From positions 137,433 through 201,432 of the IMG/VR virus record IMGVR_UViG_3300049436_000052: 64,000 nt of DNA; one strand, 5' to 3'. This DNA comes from a virus. The translations under genes and the position numbers were made by a program. The notes beneath the pieces were generated by a model that did no database searches, was not told the origin of the DNA, and saw only the letters and a list, made by a program, of their open reading frames with translations. Below, in pieces: positions 10,401-19,516 of this stretch. The first letter of the stretch is position 1. Every line of letters begins with the position of its first letter.

Positions 10401-11115
10401 TGATCCTGAAATCAGAAAAAAAATTCTAGTTAAAATAGATAAAAAAGGAGAAATAAAAAAAGAATTGTTTACAAACGAACAATTGGAGTTAAAAAACTTT
10501 GATTCGGATTTATTTCATGAATCAATGCATTTAGAAGAGAAAGAAGTTTTATTTTGGAATAGAACAGGCTATAATCCAAAACTAATTTGGGATGGATTTA
10601 TGACATATGATGATAGTGAACATCAAATATATTATGAAATATATGAAAACGCTTTAAATTATTTAAATGGTTTAATGGAAAAATCAAACAAACCCAAAAT
10701 AAAATCTATTAATGAAAAACACGAGAAAAATGATTTGATTTTGTTGAAGAACTATGACAATTATATGATTGGGGTATTTAATGGGAATTATGTTCAAATA
10801 ATACGAGAAAATGTTGAAGTTCCTAAATCAGATATTGAAATAGAACTTGAAAACAAAAAAATAAAGAAAATTAAGGAACTAGAAGTTAGTGGATTGAAAA
10901 ATAAAAGTGAGGATGAAATTAGTCTTCAAAAACAAAACGAAAAATATGAAAAATACTTTCCCTTATTTAAAAAGAAATATAATATCAATGATAGTATTAC
11001 ATTTGATATGATGATTGGACAAATTGATGATTTTATTAAGATTTTTGATATTTTTGTTAGTGAATCTGAATTAGAAGTTGAAAACGAAAATCTTAAATAT
11101 CAAAATGCTGATTAA
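7456..11115 (+). CDS. polB: Family B DNA polymerase with 3'-5' exonuclease
   Basis: ExoI FDIETTG, ExoII GHNIEWFDFDF, ExoIII YLLDD; motif A IDYASLYPS; motif B KILNNSLYG; motif C variant AVTDG. Confidence 0.95.
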   Translation: MDKIKVLSEIKSFLEGYNNDLKYIVNVEGDPGVNYCECVIAEPNKPPRVQKIQYEPFVYIRDLKKYDRELYKFSSKEFIDSKRKKHGITVTKLETGGFRRLINGYLYRVSSSKSFNDIITYFRDGGVDLYQKAVDEDGNLIRNAKGDITYSNRELFFSLKITEQFLISTQSRLYKGFEEYKQITKLTFDIETTGLRYEICRVFAIGVRTNRNFETILEVEKENDDDAEAKLILEFLNLIRYLEPAIVLGHNIEWFDFDFILGRAKILKLDVSDVIISNFRPTARIKRRGNVSVKYGSTADRYTATEIWGVSVIDTIHAAKKTAAVNTEIKSSGLKYLAKHEKIARENRIYISGEDDGIGKYYNENKLFLIDNKNTYIEIPDEYQGISNKLYNLQKIKTKVSDVDYNTQKVILIKENPLFIKWYKENALNKGLINFIGGKDLVKRYLLDDLYETEQIDELYNQSSFMLAKIVPTTYQKICTMGTAAIWNLLMIAWSYENNIAIPESDVVENFPGGLARCFKTGYSERIIKIDYASLYPSIQLTEDVFPIFDITSVLKKMLLYLTTTRNIYKKMGNGDKLNNNEVVLLKEIDPEIYDRYLNNSLTATDISMFKIKQLPIKILNNSLYGALGSNISFNWSDNICANRITCAGRLHLRHAINWFSRYNCVALLAVTDGVNFNYPVKTKIKFENDNETIESNEDLIENMWKYDDKVGMSALIEKFNKEIERFNISLGKENYISVDDDGKSVSCLNLSRINYATLSLKTDKKTGEEKEKVKLVGNTVKSKTMPEYIEEFIDNGLDLILHGKGKEFVDYYYNYVENIRYMQIPLKKIASKSKVKTTIAAYKKRGKDKNGRDKGMQAYMELLIEQRELIAEELFEKHKDSLDLSKVKKELTINDKMKLISDYMPPEPELDTVVYYINISNKKSHGDSHKIKDRETGKERYCSALISKEDLLNNPDMKGTYNYEKYLDAFNKRVELILAGFDPEIRKKILVKIDKKGEIKKELFTNEQLELKNFDSDLFHESMHLEEKEVLFWNRTGYNPKLIWDGFMTYDDSEHQIYYEIYENALNYLNGLMEKSNKPKIKSINEKHEKNDLILLKNYDNYMIGVFNGNYVQIIRENVEVPKSDIEIELENKKIKKIKELEVSGLKNKSEDEISLQKQNEKYEKYFPLFKKKYNINDSITFDMMIGQIDDFIKIFDIFVSESELEVENENLKYQNAD

Positions 11116-11128
11116 TTGATCCAATTAA

Positions 11129-11138
11129 GTATTTATAA
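11129..11138 (+). promoter_or_regulatory. GTATTTATAA putative late promoter
   Basis: Exact motif 18 nt upstream of ATG 11157. Confidence 0.7.
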
Positions 11139-11156
11139 TAAAAATAATAATCAGTT

Positions 11157-11780
11157 ATGAAATTTACAAAAAAAGAAATTGCTGAGATCGTTGATGCAGA
11201 TGGTGAATTGATTGGCAATGATGCAGTTCCCACACATGGAAGTGACATGGGTAATCGATCAACAAATACAACTGATCAAAATGCAAAAATTGGTCATCAA
11301 CCCTTTGATTATAATACAATCACAAAATTTGGATTTTTTATGTATCCATTTTATGAAGGAAAAGAGGTGGACGAAAAGAAAAAAAATGATTTAATATATG
11401 ATTTGTATAAAATAATATATGAACAATATGTTGATATATTAAAATATTATTATAAAAATCCTAACAAACTAAAAAGTGATTATCGTAAGATTTCTGAAGA
11501 AACAATAGATTTACAAAAAGAAAAAAACGTTAAAACAGTTGAAAATTTACTAAAAGTAGTTGATATATTTTTTGATAAATCATCCAAAGAATCTGAAACA
11601 ATCGACGAATCAAATGTTTTAGAAGATAAGATGATTGAAAAGAAATCGGAAGATGAAATTTCAAAGAAAAGTGAAGACAATGGAATAAAAGATAAAAAAA
11701 TTCAAAAGATTGCTGGTTTAATTAGTAAATTAGAAAAAAAAGATATTAACGCTCTTTTAAATTTATTGGAAAGAAAATAG
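11157..11780 (+). CDS. Hypothetical protein (possible head-associated)
   Basis: 207 aa; EIVDADG and VLED [I/L/V]xE-type motifs; follows the late motif. Confidence 0.7.
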   Translation: MKFTKKEIAEIVDADGELIGNDAVPTHGSDMGNRSTNTTDQNAKIGHQPFDYNTITKFGFFMYPFYEGKEVDEKKKNDLIYDLYKIIYEQYVDILKYYYKNPNKLKSDYRKISEETIDLQKEKNVKTVENLLKVVDIFFDKSSKESETIDESNVLEDKMIEKKSEDEISKKSEDNGIKDKKIQKIAGLISKLEKKDINALLNLLERK

Positions 11781-11789
11781 TTTGAAGTT

Positions 11790-12575
11790 ATGGCAAATAG
11801 TCAATTAATTGATAAAAAATATCAAATTCCTAAAAATATTTTGGAATATATTCAAAAAGTAATTATTTCATATCCAAATTCAAACGGTATTAAACGTGCA
11901 AAATTCATTGTAAATAATGGTAGTTTAACATATCAAGCGTTGAAAGGTATGAAGAATTTTTTTGATTACTTTAACCCCAATGTAAATGATAAAACACAAT
12001 ATGAATTGGCTGGAGGTGATCTTATGAAAAGTTTTATTGAAAATACTTTGAATAGTGATAGAAAAAATGTTCAATTATCGAAAGAAGTTAAAAGAGATGC
12101 AAATGTTGATGTTAATTTAGGGAATAGGGCTTATCAAACACCAAGACTAAATGAAACAGATAAGGATGATGATAAAGAAATTACAAAAAATTCTCTTGTT
12201 GTTATTGTAAATGATGATAATAAATTTTTGTTATTAAAAAGATCATCAAACATTGATTGGATGCCAAATAAATTAGCATTAGTTGGTGGAAGAATTGAAA
12301 AAAATGAAAGTCCAGAAGAAGCAGCAATTAGAGAAGTTGAGGAAGAAACTGGAATTGATATTGACAAAGATAAACTAATTAAATCATTCGAAATAGAAAG
12401 AACAGATAAGGATTTGGATTATATTTTTCTTTATCGATTTGATGGTGAACCAACAGAAATTGAATTGAATAATGAACATTCAACATATGGATGGTATGAC
12501 GTTTCAGAAATTAAATTTTTAGATGTTGTACCGAATTTAATGAGTTACATTGATATTGCTTTTAAAAAACAATAA
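11790..12575 (+). CDS. Nudix hydrolase with N-terminal extra domain
   Basis: Nudix box GGRIEKNESPEEAAIREVEEETGI; RLNE junction precedes the Nudix domain. Confidence 0.9.
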   Translation: MANSQLIDKKYQIPKNILEYIQKVIISYPNSNGIKRAKFIVNNGSLTYQALKGMKNFFDYFNPNVNDKTQYELAGGDLMKSFIENTLNSDRKNVQLSKEVKRDANVDVNLGNRAYQTPRLNETDKDDDKEITKNSLVVIVNDDNKFLLLKRSSNIDWMPNKLALVGGRIEKNESPEEAAIREVEEETGIDIDKDKLIKSFEIERTDKDLDYIFLYRFDGEPTEIELNNEHSTYGWYDVSEIKFLDVVPNLMSYIDIAFKKQ

Positions 12576-12581
12576 TCTGTT

Positions 12582-12591
12582 GTATTTATAA
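12582..12591 (+). promoter_or_regulatory. GTATTTATAA putative late promoter
   Basis: Exact motif upstream of ATG 12624. Confidence 0.65.
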
Positions 12592-12623
12592 AAAAATAAT
12601 AGAAAAAATTAAATCATATTAAC

Positions 12624-12863
12624 ATGAGTAGATTAGAAGATATTAGTATTGCTTTTAGAAATCAAAATTTGGTTAGAAACGACTATAAAGCTAATGATCA
12701 ATATACACTTGGTCATCCAGATACATTATCTGATGGAGATGAACTTGGAAAAGATGAAGTAAATGGTAGTGTTGGAAGTTTAACTGACATTAAAACACGT
12801 GAAAGAAATCTTGTAAAAAACAAGTTCAATAAAAATAACGAATATAATGCTGGTAATGCATAA
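12624..12863 (+). CDS. Hypothetical protein
   Basis: 79 aa ORF after the late motif. Confidence 0.7.
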   Translation: MSRLEDISIAFRNQNLVRNDYKANDQYTLGHPDTLSDGDELGKDEVNGSVGSLTDIKTRERNLVKNKFNKNNEYNAGNA

Positions 12864-12871
12864 AATATTAA

Positions 12872-13774
12872 ATGATATTAAACGAATTAAAAATATTATT
12901 TAACAATTTAAAAAATGTTCGTAAATTATTATTAACAGAAGGAGTTAGTAATGATGCAATTATTAAGGCAATTAATGATCACGAATATGTTTATCTTTAC
13001 TATGAGGGTGATCCTGAAAGTGGTGGTGTTTCTCGTGGTGCTCGCACTGTTAGAATGTATTTGCTAGGACAAACAACGGCTGGAAACCTTGCTGTGCGCT
13101 CATTTCAGGACAGAGGTAAAAGTTTTAGTTTATCTCCAGAAAGTCCAAGAAAAAGAAAAGATCATGAATATCATATTGATGTTGATGGAAAAGAAAAACC
13201 AGGTTGGAGATTATTTCGATTAGATAGAATATCGTCTTTATATCCAACTGGAAAAAGGTTTATTGATAAAGAGGGAAATGTTATGATTCCACCACTTTAT
13301 AATGAAAATGATAAACAAATGACATCAATAATTGCATCAGTATCTGTAACACCCGAAAAATCAGTTCAAACAAAAGATTTGGATGTTGTTTCAAAACCGG
13401 ATATTACAATGCAAAAAGGAAAGAAATCTGATTTTGATGTGCAAACAGCAAGATTCAAACAATTCTATAATGCAAATAAGAATAAAAGAGAAGCAACTGC
13501 AAGGGACATAGAAAATTTATATAACATTGCAAAAAAAGTAATGAAAAAATCTCCAAATCGTTTTTTTGTTGCTATTAGTGATAAAGGAGATTTCCAATTG
13601 GTTGATGTTAAAAACAAACCTAATTTTCCAGAAAATGCTATTGTTGGTGATTTAACCGCACTATATAGTAAATATGTTTTAAGTTCTCAAGAAAACACCG
13701 AAAAAGAGAAAAACTTTTTCAACCAAACATTAAATAATTTAAAAAAACAAACAATCAATAAGAAAAATAAATAA
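12872..13774 (+). CDS. WYL-domain protein
   Basis: AINDHEYVYLYYEGD...RTVRMYLLG...AVRSFQ...PGWRLFRLDRISSL is the WYL SH3-like signature. Confidence 0.75.
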   Translation: MILNELKILFNNLKNVRKLLLTEGVSNDAIIKAINDHEYVYLYYEGDPESGGVSRGARTVRMYLLGQTTAGNLAVRSFQDRGKSFSLSPESPRKRKDHEYHIDVDGKEKPGWRLFRLDRISSLYPTGKRFIDKEGNVMIPPLYNENDKQMTSIIASVSVTPEKSVQTKDLDVVSKPDITMQKGKKSDFDVQTARFKQFYNANKNKREATARDIENLYNIAKKVMKKSPNRFFVAISDKGDFQLVDVKNKPNFPENAIVGDLTALYSKYVLSSQENTEKEKNFFNQTLNNLKKQTINKKNK

Positions 13775-13799
13775 TTTTATTCTTTTTTGAAGAAATTAA

Positions 13800-13809
13800 G
13801 TATTTATAA
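13800..13809 (+). promoter_or_regulatory. GTATTTATAA putative late promoter
   Basis: Exact motif 21 nt upstream of ATG 13831. Confidence 0.7.
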
Positions 13810-13830
13810 AAAACAATAAATTTTTATAAA

Positions 13831-14523
13831 ATGACTGAGAAAATAGATTTAAAAAAAATAGCTCAAGAAATTGACAAAAGAAAAAATGATGGAAGTGTTA
13901 CTCCATTATCAGAATCAACACAAATAAATGAAGCACTTTTAGGCAATAAATCAAATTTCTTAAAAAATCTTTATACATCAATTAAATATGGTGGAACCTC
14001 TGAATCAACAGAAAAAATTAAAGTATATAATAATATAATTAATGGTAAACCAATACATAATGTTTCTGAAGTACCACAACAACCAAAAAATGTTCAAAGA
14101 ATAGAAGAAAGAAAAACTATTCAAAATTATGAACCAGAATATCCTATTAATGATTTTGATAGAGAAGAACAAATGTATAGGGATATTGAAAAAAAGAAAA
14201 AATTAACATTTGGTGAATCGTTAGATCAGTTATCAGGAAAGGCTATTAATACAAATCAACCTCAAAATAATTATCAACAAATCAACCAATATAGTAAACC
14301 TGCGTTAAATGAAGAATTGATTGTTGGTAATGTAAAAAAACTTGTTGATAATTACCTTAATGAAAACTATAGCGCAATAATTGAAGAATCAATAAAAAAT
14401 GCAATTGTTGATATTTATGTTAGTGAAAAAATATTAAGTGTCTTGAATGAAAATGAAGATTTCTTAGAAAAGAAATTTAAAAGTTTTATTCAAAAAATGA
14501 GATCAAGCAATAAAAAAACGTAA
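13831..14523 (+). CDS. Hypothetical protein
   Basis: 230 aa; several INE/LNE motifs. Confidence 0.7.
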   Translation: MTEKIDLKKIAQEIDKRKNDGSVTPLSESTQINEALLGNKSNFLKNLYTSIKYGGTSESTEKIKVYNNIINGKPIHNVSEVPQQPKNVQRIEERKTIQNYEPEYPINDFDREEQMYRDIEKKKKLTFGESLDQLSGKAINTNQPQNNYQQINQYSKPALNEELIVGNVKKLVDNYLNENYSAIIEESIKNAIVDIYVSEKILSVLNENEDFLEKKFKSFIQKMRSSNKKT

Positions 14524-14543
14524 ATTCCTTTTAAATTTTTTTC

Positions 14544-14553
14544 GTATTTATAA
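14544..14553 (+). promoter_or_regulatory. GTATTTATAA putative late promoter
   Basis: Exact motif 18 nt upstream of ATG 14572. Confidence 0.7.
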
Positions 14554-14571
14554 TAGAAATATTATTTCTAT

Positions 14572-17500
14572 ATGACTTATGATGAATTTTTAAACAACTT
14601 CTTAAATAAATTTGAAGAAATAAGATCTTTTGCAGGTAAAATAAAATTTGCAAATGAATATTTAAGTAGAATTGGCAGTGGTTCTGGTAGAGTTGTTTAT
14701 GATATTGATGGTGAAAAAGTATTAAAAATAGCTAAAAATGCCAAGGGTATTGCCCAAAATGGTGAAGAAGCAAATATTGGTAATTATGATGATACAAGAC
14801 ACATAGTTGCAAAAGTTTTTAAATCTCCCGATGATGACTCATATTTAATTTCTGAAAAAGGAAAAAAAGTTAACGAAAGAAGAATCAAAGAATTGACTAA
14901 AATTCCAAGTTTACATGATTTACATTCGTTTTTAATGAATTATACATCACAAAATAACGGTGGAAGAAAAATCTTTGATCAAGATAAGGAAGTTGAACAA
15001 TTTTTATGGGATAATGAATTTGCTTATGATTTAGCTCAATTTATTTCTAATTATAGTCAATCTGCGGGCGACATGGGCAGACCAAGTACATATGGCGAAG
15101 TTCTTCGTGATGGACAACCAGCAATAGTTTTGACTGATTATGGTTTGTCTGATGAAGTATATAATAGTCACTATAGTCCACAAAGAAAACAAAAATATTC
15201 AATTTATGAAATAGATGATCTTGAAGAAATGTTAATACCGATTAATGAAAATTTAATGAATTTTATATTAAAAAGAGACAAATATCCATCTAAAACAATA
15301 AATAATATTGGCGAATTGTCTGATAAATTCCATGAATGTGTTGATAATGTTAAAGAATATTTAAATGTTGTTGAAAATAAAAAACAGTTTTATAATAATT
15401 TACTAGCATTACAAGAATATTTAATTTCTGAAAATTATTATAGTAGGGATAGGTTGAATGAAGAAAATGAAATAGATATTCAACAAATACCAAAAGTTCA
15501 AAAATGGTCAGCATTGGATAAAAACCGTGCAATTGAATTAGCAATAGAACTAACAGAAAGATTAAAATTATCACAACCAAAATTCTTAGGTGGTGGATCA
15601 TTGGGTTTTGCGTTTGAAATTAATCCTAATTTAGTTTTGAAAATTACAACAGATCCTAGTGAAGCTGATTCTGCATTGAAAATAATGAAATCAAATCCTA
15701 AACATTTAGCTAAAACATCTAATGTTTATAAAATATATGATAGTCAAAAGGATTTGTCGTATTTTGCGTTATTACAAGAAAATGTCCCAAATAAACCAGT
15801 TGATAATTTTAGAAGATTTAATAAAATATTTAATATAATATCTCCAAACGATATTTCATATAATGATTTTGTCGATTTAATAAGAAGTAGACAACCAAAT
15901 TTTGAACAATTAAATCAAATTGTTAATTTAATTTTAACTTATAATCAAACGGTTAATGTTTCAGAAAATACAAGAAAAGAAGTCCATGATTTTTTTCTTC
16001 AATTAGTTGAAATAAGAAAAGAATTAGTAAATTTGGGTGTTAAATCGGTTGATTTTATAAACCCAGAAAATTTAGGTTATAAAGACAATGTTTTAAAATA
16101 TTTTGATATTGGTGGATACAGAGCAGAAGAACCAACATTACCTGATGATTCGTTAGTGGTCGTAGAAGAAGAATATTTAAAAGAAGAATTTGATAAAGAA
16201 TATTTTAGTCAAATTGCCAATAAAATTGCTGAAATAAAAAAATATCCTCAATTAGAGTCATTAGGTTCAGGAGATAATGGAAGTGCATATGATATTGGTA
16301 ATAATAAAATATTAAAAATAACTTCTGATAAAAGTGAGGCTGCTGAAAATTTAAAACTTAAAGGAAAAAAACTTAACTATATTGCAGAACCATATGAAAT
16401 ATATTCAATAAAATCTAAAGTAAATCAAAATTCTCCAGAAGTTTATGTTATTGTTTTGGAAAAATTAAGAACAGATCGCAATTATTTTCACAAACAATAT
16501 GAAAGATTAAAATATGTATTTTCATTATTAGGAATTGATTTCTTTGATGTTGTTGATTACTATTATTATAAAAATCAAGGGTTTTATGACAACAATGAAA
16601 AAATTCAGAAAAAAATAATGCCATATTTTGAAAAAAATCCTAAAGATTGGAAATTTTTCGAATCTTTATTAAAAATATCAGAAGAAGTTGAAAGAAATAA
16701 TATTGATTCAATGGATTTCCTAAATCCAGATAATTTAGGATTTAAACCCAATGGAGATATTGCATTTTTTGATGTTGGATTTGGTGATGCAAATATGATT
16801 AGCAAACCTGAAGAACTAACTATAGATGAAAATAAAAGGGTTCTTTCATCCATGAAAGGAAGTTCAACTGTTGAGGTTAAGAAAAAATGTAGATTAGGTG
16901 GTTTAGGAAATACAAGTGCACAATGCAATAAAGGTGATATAAAAAATTTAAATATAAAACCATTAAATGAAACAATAGTTCCTAATAGAACTTTTTGGGG
17001 TTGGGTTTCACCAGAACTTGAATTTTATGAAGTTCCAAAATTAAATCACAAGGATTTTATTATGAGACAATATAAAAAATATGATTTTGGTTGGGATTAT
17101 GATAGAGTATTTGATCAAGCAATGAAAGATGGATGGGTTAGAGTTGTTTACGAAAACGAACCAAATTTACGAAGATTTTATAGTGAATTATTTCTATATG
17201 GAAATGATGAAGAACATGTAATTTATGTATTAAAAACATTATTTTATGATTTGGTAAAATACGGAAACAATAAAATTTTCGTTGATTGGGAAAATAATAA
17301 AAGTAGTAAAGTATTTACCACAGATAATTCAGAAAATAAAGCAGATTTTTTTGACTACCTATTTGAAAACATAACTAACGAAGGCGTTGCAGACAAATAC
17401 GCTGAAAAGGAATTTAATATAGAACCAAAATTTACTAAGTTTGAAAAACAATATAAAAAACAACAAAATATTGAAAATGAAGAAGAGGTTGTTGGACAAA

Positions 17501-18234
17501 TTAATTCGATTGGTGGTAAATCTTATAATTTAAAAAATAGTGATTGTAACATACCACTTTTGATCACACCCGAAATAAAAGATTATCTATTAAAATTTGA
17601 TTCAGATGAAAAATTATTGAGAAGTGGTGGTTTACCTACTGAATTATTAGATAATGCAGCATTTGGTTTTAATGACAAAACATTAACACAGTTATTACCT
17701 AAACAATTATCTATTAAATGGAAGGATGATTATGAAAATGTATTATATGAGGTTCAAAAAAGTGGTTTATCAAAATTAAATTGGGCAAAAAAAATAGATC
17801 TGTCTCAACCTATAGATGTGAGTTTTGATGGTAAGAAATTTTATATTGAAGATGGTCATCACAGATATTTTGCAGCCAAAGTATTGAACAAACCGTTAAA
17901 GATAAATCTCGAAATAAAAGCAAACCCAGTAATTAAATTGGGTGGTGATTTAGGATATGATAATTATCATAGATGTATATGGAAACAAGCACATGAAAAA
18001 AATAATGAACTTGATATCATGAATGAAGAAAAACCTCAAAAAATATCTCTTATTTGGCTTAACAAACTATGGAATTTCTTATCACCTAAACATAGAAATA
18101 ATCAATTATATAAAAAATGGTACGAAAAATCTTTAAACGGTACGATTACCGACAAAGAATGGCAACATTTTAATTATCTTCTAAAAAATGGTGATTCAAT
18201 GTACAATAAAAGCAATTTAACAAAAAAGAATTAA
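14572..18234 (+). CDS. Multidomain protein: three protein-kinase-like domains plus a ParB/Srx-like domain
   Basis: G-loop/VxK/DxG sets: GSGSGR..VLKIAK..TDYG; GGGSLG..VLKITT..ENLG..FDIG; GSGDNG..ILKITS..DNLG..FDVG; C-terminal PIDV..FYIEDGHHRYFAA. Confidence 0.8.
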   Translation: MTYDEFLNNFLNKFEEIRSFAGKIKFANEYLSRIGSGSGRVVYDIDGEKVLKIAKNAKGIAQNGEEANIGNYDDTRHIVAKVFKSPDDDSYLISEKGKKVNERRIKELTKIPSLHDLHSFLMNYTSQNNGGRKIFDQDKEVEQFLWDNEFAYDLAQFISNYSQSAGDMGRPSTYGEVLRDGQPAIVLTDYGLSDEVYNSHYSPQRKQKYSIYEIDDLEEMLIPINENLMNFILKRDKYPSKTINNIGELSDKFHECVDNVKEYLNVVENKKQFYNNLLALQEYLISENYYSRDRLNEENEIDIQQIPKVQKWSALDKNRAIELAIELTERLKLSQPKFLGGGSLGFAFEINPNLVLKITTDPSEADSALKIMKSNPKHLAKTSNVYKIYDSQKDLSYFALLQENVPNKPVDNFRRFNKIFNIISPNDISYNDFVDLIRSRQPNFEQLNQIVNLILTYNQTVNVSENTRKEVHDFFLQLVEIRKELVNLGVKSVDFINPENLGYKDNVLKYFDIGGYRAEEPTLPDDSLVVVEEEYLKEEFDKEYFSQIANKIAEIKKYPQLESLGSGDNGSAYDIGNNKILKITSDKSEAAENLKLKGKKLNYIAEPYEIYSIKSKVNQNSPEVYVIVLEKLRTDRNYFHKQYERLKYVFSLLGIDFFDVVDYYYYKNQGFYDNNEKIQKKIMPYFEKNPKDWKFFESLLKISEEVERNNIDSMDFLNPDNLGFKPNGDIAFFDVGFGDANMISKPEELTIDENKRVLSSMKGSSTVEVKKKCRLGGLGNTSAQCNKGDIKNLNIKPLNETIVPNRTFWGWVSPELEFYEVPKLNHKDFIMRQYKKYDFGWDYDRVFDQAMKDGWVRVVYENEPNLRRFYSELFLYGNDEEHVIYVLKTLFYDLVKYGNNKIFVDWENNKSSKVFTTDNSENKADFFDYLFENITNEGVADKYAEKEFNIEPKFTKFEKQYKKQQNIENEEEVVGQINSIGGKSYNLKNSDCNIPLLITPEIKDYLLKFDSDEKLLRSGGLPTELLDNAAFGFNDKTLTQLLPKQLSIKWKDDYENVLYEVQKSGLSKLNWAKKIDLSQPIDVSFDGKKFYIEDGHHRYFAAKVLNKPLKINLEIKANPVIKLGGDLGYDNYHRCIWKQAHEKNNELDIMNEEKPQKISLIWLNKLWNFLSPKHRNNQLYKKWYEKSLNGTITDKEWQHFNYLLKNGDSMYNKSNLTKKN

Positions 18235-18253
18235 CTAAAAAATTTACTTATTA

Positions 18254-18640
18254 ATGTCAAACATCTCCTATTCTGCTGTTGTTTTAAACGATAAATCTAA
18301 ACAACGTTTAATTAATAAATTTACAGATTATATTCCTAATGAATTTGAACTTAATAATTCATTTCATATGACTATTAACATGGGTGAAATAAACCCAGAA
18401 TATAAAAAATATGTTGGAATATCAGTTCAATTAGAAGTTATTAATTATGCAATTACCAATAATATGTTCATTATTGGAGTTAAAGGATTCTTTTCAGAAA
18501 ATATAAAACCATATATTAGTTTAGCAACAAATAAAAAAGATTCTTCTAAAATAAATCACAATGATTTGGATTGGATAAATTTAAAACATCCAATTAAAAT
18601 TTCTGGTAAAGTAACTGAAGTCGAAATTAAATTCGAATAA
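18254..18640 (+). CDS. 2H phosphoesterase-fold protein (tRNA-ligase CPDase-like), second motif degenerate
   Basis: YSAVVL..FHMTINMG (HxT) ... KPYISLA (H replaced by Y). Confidence 0.65.
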   Translation: MSNISYSAVVLNDKSKQRLINKFTDYIPNEFELNNSFHMTINMGEINPEYKKYVGISVQLEVINYAITNNMFIIGVKGFFSENIKPYISLATNKKDSSKINHNDLDWINLKHPIKISGKVTEVEIKFE

Positions 18641-18657
18641 ATTTTTAATATCTGATA

Positions 18658-18667
18658 GTATTTATAA
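18658..18667 (+). promoter_or_regulatory. GTATTTATAA putative late promoter
   Basis: Exact motif 12 nt upstream of ATG 18680. Confidence 0.7.
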
Positions 18668-18679
18668 TAAAAATTTATA

Positions 18680-19468
18680 ATGAGTAAAGGTGCTCCATAT
18701 TATTTACCACAAATGCATATGCCATATCAAATGGTGTTAAATAAACTTGATGAAGAAGGGATTGAATATAATTTAAATAAAATTCATCCAAATGATTTAA
18801 AAGCTTCTCAACCGTTTACATATTCTGATCAGGTTGAAAAAGTAAATAAAGAAAATAAATCACCTATTTGGATTGATAAAGACAATAATATTCTTGATGG
18901 ACACCATCATTTTGTTTTCTATTCGTCTAATAATAAACCAATTGACGTAGTTAGAATAAATCTTGATAAAAATTCATCATGTAGAATTCTTAATAAAATA
19001 CAAGACATTTTTGAATATGAAGAAAGATTATCTTCTGAAAATAGTGATAATCAAACCGACTTTTTAACAGATCTTGAACAATTAAATCAATCAACAGATG
19101 ATGAAGATACTGAAAATAATGCAAGAAATCCTCAAATAATTATTGCATTTAGAAAAGAACCAATTAAAGATAATTCAATAGTTGGAAACTTTTTTATTTT
19201 AGATAATAATAAAGGATTTGATAAATATGAAATCGAATTCGAAAATTTATTAGATACAGACAATATTGGCGTTACTTATAAGAAAAGTCAAGATCCAATT
19301 GATGTTCTGGCAAAATTATGGTTTCCAAATATAAATTTTGAAAAAATAAGTAATAGTCAAAATTGTTCACCAATAGATCTAAAAGCAAAGGCAATTGCAA
19401 AAAAAGCACAAAACATGGGTTGTGATGGAATTAAATATGGTGATAAACTATTACAAGGATTAAAATAA
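18680..19468 (+). CDS. ParB/Srx-like domain protein
   Basis: DLKASQ..PIWIDKDNNILDGHHHF..PIDVVRI. Confidence 0.65.
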   Translation: MSKGAPYYLPQMHMPYQMVLNKLDEEGIEYNLNKIHPNDLKASQPFTYSDQVEKVNKENKSPIWIDKDNNILDGHHHFVFYSSNNKPIDVVRINLDKNSSCRILNKIQDIFEYEERLSSENSDNQTDFLTDLEQLNQSTDDEDTENNARNPQIIIAFRKEPIKDNSIVGNFFILDNNKGFDKYEIEFENLLDTDNIGVTYKKSQDPIDVLAKLWFPNINFEKISNSQNCSPIDLKAKAIAKKAQNMGCDGIKYGDKLLQGLK

Positions 19469-19516
19469 TTATTTAAAAAAATAAAATTTAACACTATTTA
19501 GATTAAAACACGTTTT

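Noticed and set aside
7456-11115. Intein or intron in the long polymerase
   Set aside because: No C/S...HN-C/S/T splice junctions or LAGLIDADG motifs seen; the ORF is uninterrupted
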